Positions 45,721 through 60,258 of a stretch of DNA of 64,000 nt are shown piece by piece. The notes below the pieces were generated by a model that worked only from the letters and a program-made list of their open reading frames with translations, made no database searches and had not been told where the DNA came from. Position numbers and translations under genes: made by a program. The stretch lies in the NCBI RefSeq assembly GCF_009914755.1, contig NC_060930.1. One strand, written 5' to 3'. Each line of letters begins with the position of its first letter. The first letter of the stretch is position 1. The DNA comes from the human T2T-CHM13v2.0 reference genome, Homo sapiens.

Positions 45721-48700
45721 TAAATGGTTCCTTCCAAGGTATTTCTATTCCAACAAATTGACAGGGTTTTCATTGTTGTTGTTTTGTTTTTTATTTTTGT
45801 TTTAGTTTCATGCTACCTTATCTAAGAAGGCTAACAAAGTTTTAAGCTAACTATGGAATTTGAAGAATACAGTCAGCACACTGTATGACACATAATAGAT
45901 ACTTAGTAAATATTTGCTAAAGAAATGAGAGGATGAATGAAGGTGGGATCACAGCGGGAGGGAAGGTGGCAGCCTGCTCTGGTTATACAGAATGCTCTGT
46001 GTCTAAAGGAGAGAAAGAAGTGTCCCGTTAAAAGTTTTGAAAACTTACAGAATTCTTTCTACTTAAAGGATGATCACAAAGTATTTCCTCTTTTCTCCAG
46101 AAACAGAAGACAAAAGGATATAAGTTATAAAGCACTTTACAGTCTCCTAAGTCTTTTTCACATACGTGACCTCGTTTAATCCTCAAAACAAGAAACCACC
46201 CCAATTTTAAGGATGGGAATAATAAGACCTGCATTGAATGTAAGCCTTCTGACTCAACATCTTGGAAGTTCTCCTCCCCTACTCTGCCAAGCTAAGTGAC
46301 TCCCCGTAACACTGCTGAGGGAGCTATACCTATCCATGGACCACCTCCTTCTACAGAAGCAGAAACTGACTTGTGGGACACACAGTGGATGTAGAAATGA
46401 TAGTCAAATGTTCTTCTGTGCAGAACACAAATCCCTATTGATTCAGAGGTTTACATACAAAAACGTTAACAAATGAAAATTCAATCCCTTTATATGTTTC
46501 TATTAAGATAAAAATAAGGATTATATTCTATTCGAGACAGTGTAGGTATTAGTAAGAATGAAAGCAGCAAGTCAAAAAGGTCATGCTCAGGATTCTTCTC
46601 CTACCTGATGAGTTTCATTATTGCAAGAGTAAAACCTTAACATCGGTAGGAAGATTGGTGCAAAGCTGTGGATGGCAGCAACTGGAATTCAGTTCCTGTT
46701 CCCACTATTTTCTAGCCCTGTGACTTCTCTGGGCCTCAGTTTCTTCTTTTGTAAAATGAGTATAATAATAGAACCTTCTTAGTGTGAGAGACTAAGAGGT
46801 ACACACACATGGCTGAGAACGGTGCCTGCCCCACAGTGAATGGAGGCGTGTAAGAGGGTATTATATTTCTAAAACTCTTTTATTCACATCACTTGACACT
46901 ATAGTCAAGCAAAAGCAAATTCCATATTGAATTTGTCAACACAGGCAAATATTTCCAAGCCAAGATGTTTGTTTCCAAGGACAATTTCTTTAAAAATGTT
47001 TAAACTATTTTGGCAGAAACAAATGTAATCAACACATTTTTAGCTCTGCTTCCAAGTTAAAAAAAAAAAAAGTGTGAAAATGCTTCACAAAATATTTTTA
47101 ACTGTAAAGATAGCACAAACATTTTTAAAATTTTAACTGGTACAAACTGCCTATATAAGGGAAGGGTGAAATGGAGAACAAAAGTAATTAAAAAGCTGAT
47201 AAAGTCCAAGTGCTAATGCTCTAAATTGATAACTACTTTGAACAAATTATCATTTACTTATACAAACAGAGGGGAAAGGCTACCTTTTTTTGTAAAGCCA
47301 AGGATTTAAACTGTGCATGTCCTTCATTTAACTTAAAAGGCAGAGAAAGGCATCATGATGATAGGGACCCAAATTCTATACAATTATTCTAAAACTATAT
47401 TTTCACAAACTGGTTATGAAATCTAAATGACTAGAAATAGTCAAGAGAAATCAATATGAATGTTCATTTTTAAAGAAAGAGATAAAATGGTTCAGCAAGA
47501 AATGAGTTAGTCAATTATAGAATGAATGACCTTCGTCTTCAAGATCTGTGGAGCAAGGCTAAACACATTCAGATTTTATCCTGGTCCTTGAATTCCAATC
47601 ATAAATTTTATAGTCTAAGCTTCATAAAAGAGTTGGTGAGAGAAAAAAATAATGAATAAATATATTTCAGGTAGGTTGAATGTAATTCCTCTCACATTCT
47701 GAGATAGCTCTTAATTTTTTTTCAAAGTTTTTTAAATACAAAAGCCAAGGTAATAAAAATATTCAATTCTTCATTATTCAGAGACTGACAATATATTGTG
47801 TACAACAGCCACACTCATTTCTTAACCTTCTCTCTTCGGCTTCTTTACTTTAGGCCACTGCACTATTCATTAGCAATTCACCAAAGGATGGAAAGGAACA
47901 GAAATGCAGTTCAATTTTCATTACTTAATAGAGTCACCACATGGTTTGCTGAGAAGTTAAACTTATTCCTGATCATCACCCCAGGTGACTAATTCTCAGG
48001 TGACTAACTTTACAGCCATGGTCCCTGTCATTTGTTATGAACAAACAATGAGATATAATGCACAAGGAAAAGAGCTACGTTTTACTTATCTCTGAGTGCC
48101 TAGTTTGGGTTCAATACATAATAAATGTTTCATAAAGAAATAAAGGAAGAGAGGGAAAGAGAGAGGAGTAATAACACTGGACAAACAAAAAGGCATACAC
48201 TTATGCACATGAATTCACAGAAATTTAAAACTGGAAAAGAGGTATGTAGGAAAAGGAGGGTAAATTGCCTCAGGTAACAGTTCAGCCTGGCAGACAATTT
48301 TGGGTTAGATCAAAGCTGTACCACTCATTGTTAAGTGAGTTGAGTAAGCTACTTAACTTTCCTGAGACTCAGTTTCCTCATCTATAAAGATGGAGCTCAT
48401 AACAGAACACTTCAGAGACTTGCTCTGAAGATAAATGTAGTTGTGGAGTGCTTGGAATATAGCAGGACTCAACAAATAGCATTATTATTAGCAGTAGAAT
48501 CATGATCTAGTACAGTATCCTCCTTTTATAGAAAATGAAACTGAGACCTAGAGAAATAAAGAAGACTGCCTAAGTCATGCAGCTGTCTGGTGGCAAAGCC
48601 TGACTAGAAGAACTTCGATCTTCTGCCTGCCAGGCCCGTAGTCCACATTGCTTATCAGAAAACCTACATTAAGAAGAAAATGAAATGGCAAATACTAAGC

Positions 48701-51660
48701 TAAGGTGATGCTGATTCTCTAAATCTGGTGTGTTTTTAAAAACACAAGAGCAGGTGCCTAAAACATATACAATACTGTCTCATGACAGAAGATATTCTGA
48801 TTAAATTAAATCTCAAGCAAGGTGTTTTTCAATAAGCAATCTAGAGGATTCTCCTGCAGGGACCCTGGGGCCAGGCTTTGAGAAGTACTGCTGCAGAATA
48901 AGAATAGTAAAAAGCTCCCTATCCAACGTCCTGACCCTTAGAATCACCTACAGAGCACCCACCCTTATCTATTACATTAGAATAACTGTAGGTGACATCC
49001 AGGCATCTATCTGTTTTGAAATATCTTCAGATGACTCTTACATGTATATGGCCAGGTTAGAGAACCCACAGTCTACAGATGATGAAAACAACTATCTTTG
49101 CCAATATCAACTTAACAAAACTGGGAAGAGGTGGGATTTGTGAAACTAAAGAAAAAAGAATGTTTTCTGGAAAGAGCTCAAGGACAAAGGTAGGAAACCT
49201 TGTCACAAGGTACAAGGTGAGTCTTCGACAAACAGAAGATCCTTGAAAAAGGTACAAACACTAAGTTCATTACTCCTTGTCTCCCAAAAGGATCTACCTT
49301 CTGCCACCTGTTTATAACATATCCTTCACAGATGACACTATTAACATCAATTCCTGCTCTAACTTTTTAGCAATCTCCCTTAAATTTCATTGACAAGTAA
49401 AACAAGTGGGATGTCGTGCCATAATTTAACTCAGGTAATCTTATTTACCATGTTGCCTTAAGGATTTATTTAACCTGAGTTTCCATTTTTTCATTCTGTA
49501 TATGAGGCATAGTCTATTTTGCCTATTTCATAGAGTTGTTTGGATGATCAAATGACGCGATGTGTCTGAAACCATTATTCCAATTCCAAAGCAGTATACA
49601 AATCTAATATACTCCTTTTTTACCTACTTATCCTAATAAAAATATAACATGTTGATAACATTTATATGCAGCAGGAAGGGCTGGATGAATGGCCTCCACA
49701 GAGCCCCCTGAACCAGGAAGACCACTCTAGGTCAGCATGTCATTGCAACGACTCAAAAGGGAAGTAGGCTGAGAATGATGAATGTCACAGGACTAGGGGA
49801 GATCAAGTCAGGTTAAGATAAGCTCAAAAAATTGTACACTATTCTACTTAGAAGTTAACTCAAAAGTTAAGTCCAACCCTACATGCAACTCAGAGCAAAA
49901 ACTGATCACATAGGGAAGCTATGAAAAAGAACAAACAAAAGGAATGTTGGTTAATCAGTCATTTCCGGGATGAAATGCCAATGAAGCGGCTGGAAGCTCT
50001 CATTTGCAACTAATTCTCCAATGAAAAATGTAGAATCCAATGCAAGATAAAGAGTTCTGTGGAAGTTTCCAACCAAAGATAATTAAGAAACAGAGTCAAA
50101 CACCTCCAAGGTAACAGGAAGAATGTCCTAAGAGGAATAGCTAAACTCTTGATTTGGACTCTTTGTGTGCCACAGAATAAATAAATAGTCTTTATCTGAA
50201 CTACAGGGACATGAGATGTCAAACCCTTCAGATAATATAATGACTACCCATTCAGCTTTAACCTAGAAGACGTCAGGCTTTATATACATTGCATTACAGT
50301 TATTTCGCAAATCTGACTGGTCAGTTTATGACTTATTTCCACATATATTTTCCATTGAAGGAAAGGCTAATGTACCACTAAGGAAACAGATTATAAAAAT
50401 TTCCATTAATGCAAAAATGTACAGCTTACTTGAAGCCAAATTATGCTGGAAAACATATGTGAAATTAAACCAAGTGCTTATATTCATAAACATATAGTAG
50501 TCAAGTAGTTTTCTTTTGCACTAGGCTTTATGACAGAGCTACATAGATAATGACACAGACTGAATGCTTTCTTTTTAAAATATAACCACTGTAAAATATA
50601 AACAGAACTGATGACATAATATTGGCAAGGTGTAGCGGTGTATATAAACAGGACACCTTCAGGAGAACTCAGAAACCAAGGTCAGTGATGATGGCGCACA
50701 CTAACCCTCATAAAACCTCATTCTATCATTATGCAAATGATCTCTGCTCATTGATACAATGACCTTGCCAAGAATGTTTAACATCACAAATATTCTTTAT
50801 GTTCAGATTTTTTATTAAAAGATAAAGTTAGGAATAGCTTAAAGAAAAAGCCATCAACTCCTGAGTAGTAACATGTAGAGGTTATGTGGATAATACATTT
50901 TTTGAGCAATTAAATAAATACCTATCTAATTATATTTTAAAGACAAGTAAAAACCCCAGATAAGTAACTTGTCTAAAGCTAAATATCAGTGTTAGGAATA
51001 AAGATCTCAACTTCCTAGTAGTCTGTGTCATTTTCAAATTCCTATGGCATGCTACCCTAACAATTTCTGATTTTAGACTGGGGCTGGGGAATAACATAAA
51101 GGAAAAGATGTACCCTAGCCCTCAAAACATATGCACAGAATTGACAGCAATTATGTGAATGTTTCTGCACATGAAAATCAACAGAGAACCAGAATCTGGC
51201 TTTTCAAACTCATGAATCAGCAAGTCGGTATTGACTGATAATTTTACAGTATCCTATTATTTGTTACAAAGCTATTGTCTTCTCATGACTATTTCTAATT
51301 GAACTTTTACCTACAGTCCAACTAAGCTTCCACAGGCTATTCCACAGGCAAAGTCAAGAATCATGAACCAGAAAAATTCAAAAGATATGCACTCTCTTAC
51401 TGTAGTGCTTTTTAAAGTCTTCCACCAATAATGAAAATGTACAGGATTTTTAGATTAAAGTGTGGTCAAAGAATGTGCACAGCACAAAAATAAAATCATA
51501 ACAATCAAACCTGAGGCTACTAACAAAACGCAACAGAAACTCTATGGCTTTTACATACACTAATATGAAAATAACTTTATAAAAGACAAATTAGATGTCA
51601 GTCTGATGTGAGCACCTGGAACACTTATTTACTTGAACTCAGACTCCACATTTCACTTAC

Positions 51661-52422
51661 CTCATTTCCATCTGTGTCCTTAGAAACAGAGGACATACTA
51701 GTATAAAGGGAATGGCATCTCTTTTTTTTAAACTGAAAATGCTGTGTTGCATGAGGGCAAAATCTCTCAGTGTTTTGCTTTTCTTGAATACTGCTATAAC
51801 TTTTTGGTGGGTCTTCAGCAAACCCACTTTTTTCGAGTGATCTTTCTATACCCGAGGGAATAGAGCTTAAGCTGGCTGCCTTTCGAAAAGAAAAAACATC
51901 AGTTTTTTCCTGGAATGTTATTTCGCTTGTGTTGACATCATCTAAATGTTTCTTCCTCTTTGCGCAATATGGAGTGCTGTCTTTTTCTGAAATCCTTTCA
52001 TCCAGTTCACTAACTTTTACTTCTGTTTCACTGTCTTTAGCAGGAGAAGTGTTCACACAGTCAGACCAACTGCTTACAGCACTCGGCAGAAGTTTCTGTT
52101 TAACGCTGTCAGCTACAACTTCTGTCTTCTTTTGCTGAATACCATCTCCCAGTGCAGAGTTTAGGGTAACAGATTCCTGCTGTACCAGTCCCCTGGATAA
52201 AGGAGCTGGCTGTTCTTTTGAAGGCTGACTGCTGCTCTTCTTCTTGCCTTCATTTTCATTGTTTGCCCCAACTGACTCTTTGTCACCTCCAGTTTTCTTG
52301 ATCGGTTTTCTTCTGAAATATTTTCTTCCAGGAGAGTATTTTTCAGGGTTCAAAGGAGTTTTGGCAGGATCTACATATTGTTCTTCTTTCTCAGCTCTTA
52401 CACATCCACAGACATTCCCCAT
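51661..52422 (-). CDS. DST: Alternative first coding exon of dystonin isoform 3 type (BPAG1a3/b3), 254 aa, MGNVCGC N-terminus
   Basis: Long ORF 52422-51625 with ATG-Gly2 and Cys5/Cys7. Strong donor GAG|GTAAGT at 51661/51660, phase 0, compatible with the exon at 30082. Matches the known myristoylated CH1-less isoform. Confidence 0.92.
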
Positions 52423-52950
52423 TTGATTTGTAGGAGATCACAGCTCCATAGATTCACTCATTTCAAAATCCAGAGCTTACTTAGATCCTCTCCATTAAGT
52501 CTGAAAATTCCACTCTGACATCTGTTCCACACAGACTTTATGACCATCCTCTTCAGTCTGAGGCCATTTTGCTTATGAGAAAGGCACACACAAGAAATGC
52601 CGTGGCATCCTGCCCAGCCGGTCCGTGTCTCATTAGACACTGTGGCTTATTTCTGGCCACCAATCCTCTTAGACAAACATTACTGCTCACTGTCAAATTA
52701 CAACACTGATGAGCTCTCAAGGCAAACCCTTAGCTTCACTGTATGAGAAGATTATGACTGTTTTTAACCTTCGGTTTTCTGAAATGCAGATACACTAATG
52801 AAGTTTGCACTTAACCTTTGAAACTATTTGGTGGTTCAACGAATGAGAGCAAAAAGAAAACAAACACCAGTCAGGAGAGATTTAGGAAAGTGCCCTTCAA
52901 ATTTGGATTCAAAGTGCCTTTCAAATTGAATTTCAGAGACTCTCTACCCT
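52423..52950 (-). promoter_or_regulatory. DST: Putative 5' UTR and promoter of the isoform-3 first exon
   Basis: Repeat-free sequence immediately upstream of an ATG-initiated first exon. The TSS cannot be located from sequence alone. Confidence 0.5.
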
Positions 52951-53949
52951 CTACCATATATTTTTTTTTCTTAAGAAATACCAACTAATTTTGGTACTTG
53001 CACACAAACACATCAAAAGCTCAAAGATCTCTGTAAATTTTATTAAGACTCTTATTCAAAACAAGTCATAAAAAATAATAAGCTGATTCAATAGCTAGCA
53101 GGAGAGATAAGTGCTAAATGCTTATAATTCTCTAATAAAATTGTTTCTAAAAAAAATCAATCTTTTAAAATAGTTTATAATACTTTTCAAATAATATAAA
53201 TTTCCAAGCCATGACCTTATCTAATTATTAGGACTTTAATGTGATACCAAATAGATAAATTATATAATTTAAAGCATGAAAGATTTAGCAAAAGGAAATA
53301 TATGTGCATTCATATATATATATATACATATATATATATGTAGTTAAACTTTATATGTAACTTTTATAATCATACCCTAGTTAAATATTATACAGTTTTT
53401 ATGAGGGCCTTGCTGGAAAAATAATGAATCAGTATGAGACTTGATTATCTAAGGTGTGCATATTTCTAACACTGAGTCATAGATATGGTAAAAAAAAAAA
53501 AAAAAAAAATTAGAATAGCATGAAATGGATTTACACATAAGTACAAATCATTTCACTACTAAAAAAATTAATAATTGCCTTTCACTAGGTAGTCTTTAGA
53601 CTGATCAAAAGATGGAACTCATTATATTTTACTAAGTAAGAATACTCAGTTAGTCAAGTTAGCAATGATACTGTAGATGTTTGTCAATAACAGATCCTGC
53701 ATTGTAAAATTTTCCTTAATCATTTAAAAACATTCTCCGGTAGCAAAAACTGAACATCCCAGAAGACAAGCTGGTAAAAATAAGGTCCCAGATTTTTTTT
53801 TGTTTTTAACTTGATTTTCAGTGTATTCAAAGGTAATGAGTGGTACATTATTCAAGAGACTATAAATGTATAATGGCTGATATTTGTACTAACATGATGG
53901 AGGGGCAACCAGTGATCTGCACTCCCCCAATCCTTCCCTCCATCTCTGC

Positions 53950-54686
<737 letters not shown>

Positions 54687-55441
54687 CCTGCCAAACTAAG
54701 CAGCTGTCCATTTCTAGGCCATATACACTGCTACCTCTCCCAGAAATGGCCCAACTTAGTCTGCCTGGTTACTGGCATTCATCTTTCAAAGCCTATCTCT
54801 AGTATCTGTGAAAATTTCCTACATTCTCTAAAGCCATTCAGATCCCACTACAATGCTCCTTTCCCATACATTTCTATTTTCATTTATATCACCAATAATA
54901 TTCATCACCCTATGTTATAGTTAATTTCATGGACACTCTCCCAATAAACAGAACAATATACTTCATTACCTTAGTATCTCTGGATCTAGCATGTGGTGGC
55001 TAATGATACAGGATTACTGTAATGATAATGCTTACCTTCAGAAAGCCTGACTGAAAAACAGATTCCATTTATGATGCTATAACAAATATTGTTAAAATAA
55101 AACAATTGGTCTTTTGAAATTGCTTCCATTATTTATGTAAAGTACAGAGAAAAAGGCTGAGTCACTCTGAGTGAGGATGATTACCACTGCTATAAATCTT
55201 TATATCTTGGCATAACCAAAAAACAATTCTTATCTCAAGTTACTGTCATACTAAAAAAAGTTATTTCATTTAAATAAGAGAGAACATTTCCATTTAACCA
55301 AAACATAGATGTGTTCCATTCCAAATAGATTTTGGTCTAATTTATGAATATTGGTGATAATTTGTTACATCATCTTATAATTAAAGCCCTAAAATACAAT
55401 GGATTCTAGAACACTATGCCACAGTATATTAGAAGCAAAAC

Positions 55442-55739
<298 letters not shown>

Positions 55740-56674
55740 GCAAAACTTCTTCTGATACTTCTGTGACTAGTCTTCCTCTCTCCTCCAAAGGCAGCTGAAC
55801 CCCAAAGGGCTCTCTTAGTATATAACTCCTTTTTGAAGACTTTTGCTTTAAATTTTCTCAAACTCAGCCTCTAAATACACTGCTTCTACCTCCCAACCCT
55901 TTTGGCTTGTTATTTTCTAGTCTCTGCTCCCAGGAGCTTGGGTCTCCAATGTCTTCTTTCTAGAACAAACTATTGACCTCTACTCCATCTTAATTTTCTT
56001 GTGGTCTCTAGTGGCATTTCATACTGCTCACCATTCTTTCTACTTGAAATTCTCTTCCCTTGGTTTCATCAGTACATTTTCCTATTACTTCATCCATCTC
56101 TCCAAATGCTCCTTTTTTCTCTTTCCTCAGCAGAATCTTTTCCCGCAGGCCTTCTCCAAATTTTTATCCTTAGTGCTCCATCTCTTCTCCATCTGTGCTC
56201 TTCTCTTGGGTCCCCTGAAGATCCCTTCTTTCCGATAAAATCAGTGATCACTTGTGTAGTGATAACTTCCCCAAGTTTATATCTGTACCTCTGGCTTCTC
56301 AGCTCCACTCATGTCTCCAACTGCTCAGCAGACAGAGGCACAGGATATCCCACCATCCCATCAAGCCCACCCAGAAAGTAAGTGCTTTTCCCCCTAGCAT
56401 CACCCCTGTGTCTCTCAGTAGTCTACTGTTTCGTAATCTCTCAGGCTAAAAAGTTTTGTTATCTTTAACAAATCCCTTTCCTACACCCTCTATGCCCTGT
56501 GTCCAAGTCCCTTTCTTTCTTCCTGCAAAGTGTGACCTCTTCTATTCAATTTTGCATCCCCAACTGAGTCCTGACCTTTATCACTACCTCAGCTTCACAG
56601 CTTATCTCTCTCACTATGGACTCTGCTCATTTCTATCTATTTTAATGGATGTTGTTTCCTAAAACACATTTTTT

Positions 56675-56835
56675 AAAATTTAGCAAAATTTAATTGAGCA
56701 AAAAACGATTTGAGAATCAGGCAGCCCCCAAACCAGAATGGATTCAGAGAGACTCCAGCACAGGTCCTGTCACTGAAAAAGATTTATGGACAGAAAATGG
56801 AAAGTGATGGACGGAAAAAGGAAAGTGATGAACAG
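56675..56835 (-). mobile_element. ERV1 LTR fragment (MER51/MER57-like) flanked by a long TSD
   Basis: Minus strand reads CACTTTCCATTTTCTGTCCATAAATC...GCTGGAGTCTCTCTGAA...GGGGCTGCC...GCTCAATTAAA. Flanks are AAACACATTTTTT on both sides. Confidence 0.7.
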
Positions 56836-57498
56836 AAACACATTTTTTTTTAAGCTCAAAGTAGTAACATGACTGGCATCACAACAGTAAGTAAAAGAGC
56901 CAAGAACGAAACTTAATTCTACCTCCCTCCAAAGCCTGAATGCTTTCCATTGCCCCAGTGATCCTTCGTCTAATATTCAAAATTCAGACACAGCCTACCT
57001 CACCAGCTGGTGATGAAGTGATTGATTCTCTCCAATAGACCTCTGACTTTCCCGTCTGGGGTTCTTGCAGTTTCAACTCTGCTAAAAGCTCTAGGATCTG
57101 ATCCACTTAGGACTACTTAAATGATCCCTGACAAAGCCACTGAGGAACTCCATATGAAATCAACTTTTTGGCCAGTTCTACCTAGACTTTACCCAATTCT
57201 GATAACAAGGTCTGGTTCTGCGCTTCATGCCAAATTATTGCCTTCACTTAGGTTCAATATCTTTGATTCCAGTAATGCCCTCAGTCCTTTGGGGTCCTGG
57301 CTTCCAGTTCTGGTTACTGGCTCTCCCTGACATTAACAGCTCAGCTAAGTGGATATTCACCTGTATTAGCTGCCCTGTAGTCTGGCTGACTAACACCTTT
57401 TCCTTTGATTACCTGGATCTCCATGAATGTCCTTCTGCTGAAACTATTCAGCTGCCTCTGTTCAGGTCCTAGACCTACCTAGACTCTGATTCCTGTAG

Positions 57499-57901
<403 letters not shown>

Positions 57902-58070
57902 TTTAAAAAAGTCTTATTCCTCACCAGATTTGTTTCAAAACCCCAGGTCCTTTTTGAAGCTGGCAAAGGATCACTTCCTCCTTCAAGATCCAACTGTACA
58001 GTAATCTATTGGTAAGATGTACTGAGTGCCTACTGTGGGTCAGGCTCTGTGCTGCACACAGAACATTTCT

Positions 58071-58259
58071 GGGTCTTTTTTATAATTTAAACTTTTATTT
58101 TAGATTCAGGGGGTACAAGTGCGGATTTGTTACATGGGTATATTGCGTGATGTTGAGGTTTGGGGTACAGATGATCCCATCACCCAGATAGTGAGCACAG
58201 TACCCAATAGGTAGTTTTTCAGCCCATGCCCTTTTCCCCCTCCTTCCCACCTCTAGTAG
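58071..58259 (-). mobile_element. L1 3' end fragment with a 12-bp TSD
   Basis: ACTTTTATTTTAGATTCAGGGGGTAC...TTTGTTACATGGGTATATTG. TSD CAGAACATTTCT at 58059-58070 and 58260-58271. Confidence 0.88.
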
Positions 58260-58514
58260 CAGAACATTTCTTAAGCAGACCAGCAGTTAGTAAACTAAAG
58301 CAAGTTCTAAAGTTAGGAATCTCCTTAAATCAAATGAAGATTCTTTTTAATGTATCACTTCCCCAAAACTAAATCAAAATCGGTCCTCAATTGGCTCAGG
58401 TTTATTAGATAATAATTCAGTCAATAAATTTGCATTTTCCTCAAATCTAAAGAGAGAAAGCACAGCTCTGCATAAAACATGAATACTTTTCTTCTTCACA
58501 TCTCTTTATAATTA

Positions 58515-58533
58515 TGCTGCCATCTAGTGTCTA
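58515..58533 (-). promoter_or_regulatory. CTCF-like motif TAGACACTAGATGGCAGCA
   Basis: Close match to the CTCF core CCACYAGRKGGCRS, in non-repeat sequence. Confidence 0.55.
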
Positions 58534-58929
58534 TCAAAGGAGGAAATAGTTGACAGTGCTAAGAACCTGTATTACTAAAAAACATTCTAAATAAGGACTA
58601 ATCATAAAACATTTAAGTATCTAAAACAGGTAATACTTTCTAATGAGCAAAAAAAGTGTGTCTCCAGTCAATAAAAAGAAATATGTCTTCCAACTCTGAG
58701 ATAACAGACATTGTCTTTAAAACTACATTTAAGTTTATCAAGAACAGGAAACTAGTTGCCAGATTCACAAGCAGCATGTTGCTTAAAAGAACAATTCAAA
58801 TATATTACTTAAAGAAAGAAGCTTGAAATTTATTTTTCTTCCATAGAACATGAATGCATCATTCACCCTTCATAGGAACCACCTGAAAACTAGCAATTAG
58901 ATGCTGAAATTAAGAAAATTTGGGCTTAC

Positions 58930-59022
58930 CTGAAAGTGCAAAATTATTGTCCAGATTAATCCCAAAGTCAATTTGGGATTTCCATCTGTTATGTCATCAT
59001 TTCTAATATTCACTAATTTCAC
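58930..59022 (-). CDS. DST: Dystonin coding exon, end of CH1 ([31 protein letters not shown])
   Basis: 93 nt, phase 0/0. Acceptor aaacAG, donor GTAAG. Contains the actin-binding signature [19 protein letters not shown]. Confidence 0.98.
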
Positions 59023-59251
59023 CTGTTTTGAATGTGAAGAAGAGATAAAACCAACTGTTTATCAAACCTGAACCAGTTATCTTTACCTACATAAAAGCAA
59101 TTCTAAAATTATACAAAGAAAAAATGGAATAATTTAAACACCAGTAGTCAACTAAATATTGTTTTACCCTTATTCTCAATCATTTTATATTACAAATCAT
59201 ATGGTAACAACAAAGAAAGAGCAAGTATTATTGCATTCTTGTCTTCCACAG

Positions 59252-59587
59252 CAGGGATCCCCAACCTAACCCCCAAACCTATACCATAGGGACTGGGCTG
59301 CATGGCAGCAGGTTAGCAGCGGCCCAGGAAGCATTACCACCTGAGCTCCACCTCCTGTCAGATCAGCCACTGCATTAGATTCCTATAGGGGTGTGAACCC
59401 TATTTGTGAACTGTGCATTTGAGGGATCTAGGTTGCGCACGCACTCCTTATAAAAATCTAATGCCTGATGATCCGAGGTGAAACAGTTTCATGCTGAAAC
59501 AACCCCCACTCCTCCCACCAGCCAGTTCATGGAAAAATAGTCTTCCATGAAACCAGTCCCTGTTGCCAGAAAGGTTGGGGACTGCTG
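59252..59587. mobile_element. MER1B-like hAT-Charlie non-autonomous DNA transposon
   Basis: TIRs CAGGGATCCCCAACC / GGTTGGGGACTGCTG and degenerate 8-bp TSD TTCCACAG/TTCTAGAG. Confidence 0.88.
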
Positions 59588-60258
59588 TTCTAGAGCAAGT
59601 ACTAAAAGCATTCACTTGTCAATACAAAAATACAACTCCTCAAGTGAGAAGTCCTAAATATTTGAGATCTTAAAATTAGAAAAAATTTTGTCTTTTAAAA
59701 ATAAATTTTATTTTACTTTTACCATTAAGTATGAAACTATCCTAACAATTCTAACAATTTTCTCAAATTTCCATTACAAGGTTTTAAAATAACTAGCATT
59801 ATTTTGCTATCAATGTGCCATAAATATATAAGTCACTGGGCATTTGGAAGGCTGTTCAAATATTTTAAAATAATATAATACTCAGACTTAAAGCTTATCA
59901 ACTGTCAAACTGTACATTCAGGTAAATAAATCAAATGATGATCCCTAACATTTACTTCCTGGACAAAATCATTTAATATCATGAATTTAAATACTGAGAA
60001 TTATATACTATGATATTTAACATTTTACTTCTTGGACAAAATGCTGCCAGAAAACATTTCAGAAGTATCCATCTGGAAACTTTCACTAGAATGATGAATA
60101 ATGAGCAAACAACAATAACATTTAAAATATTTAAGCACTGAGGATTTACTAGTATTTAATAGGGAAAAGCATTTTAATGTTCATAATATTTAAGAATAAT
60201 AATGAAGAAATAATAAAAGCTAGTGTTTACCTCTCCCTCTCCCCCTTTTTCTCTTGCC

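Noticed and set aside
51929-52426. Plus-strand ORFs overlapping the isoform-3 exon
   Set aside because: Short antisense shadow ORFs with non-ATG starts.
55999-56662. Cluster of overlapping ORFs up to 126 aa
   Set aside because: Pyrimidine-rich L2-like sequence that is naturally poor in stop codons, with no coding signature.
59946-60042. Imperfect 24-nt repeat TAACATTT(T)ACTTC(C/T)TGGACAAAAT spaced by about 50 nt, superficially repeat-spacer-like
   Set aside because: Only two units in eukaryotic intron DNA. It is a small local duplication, not a CRISPR or other array.
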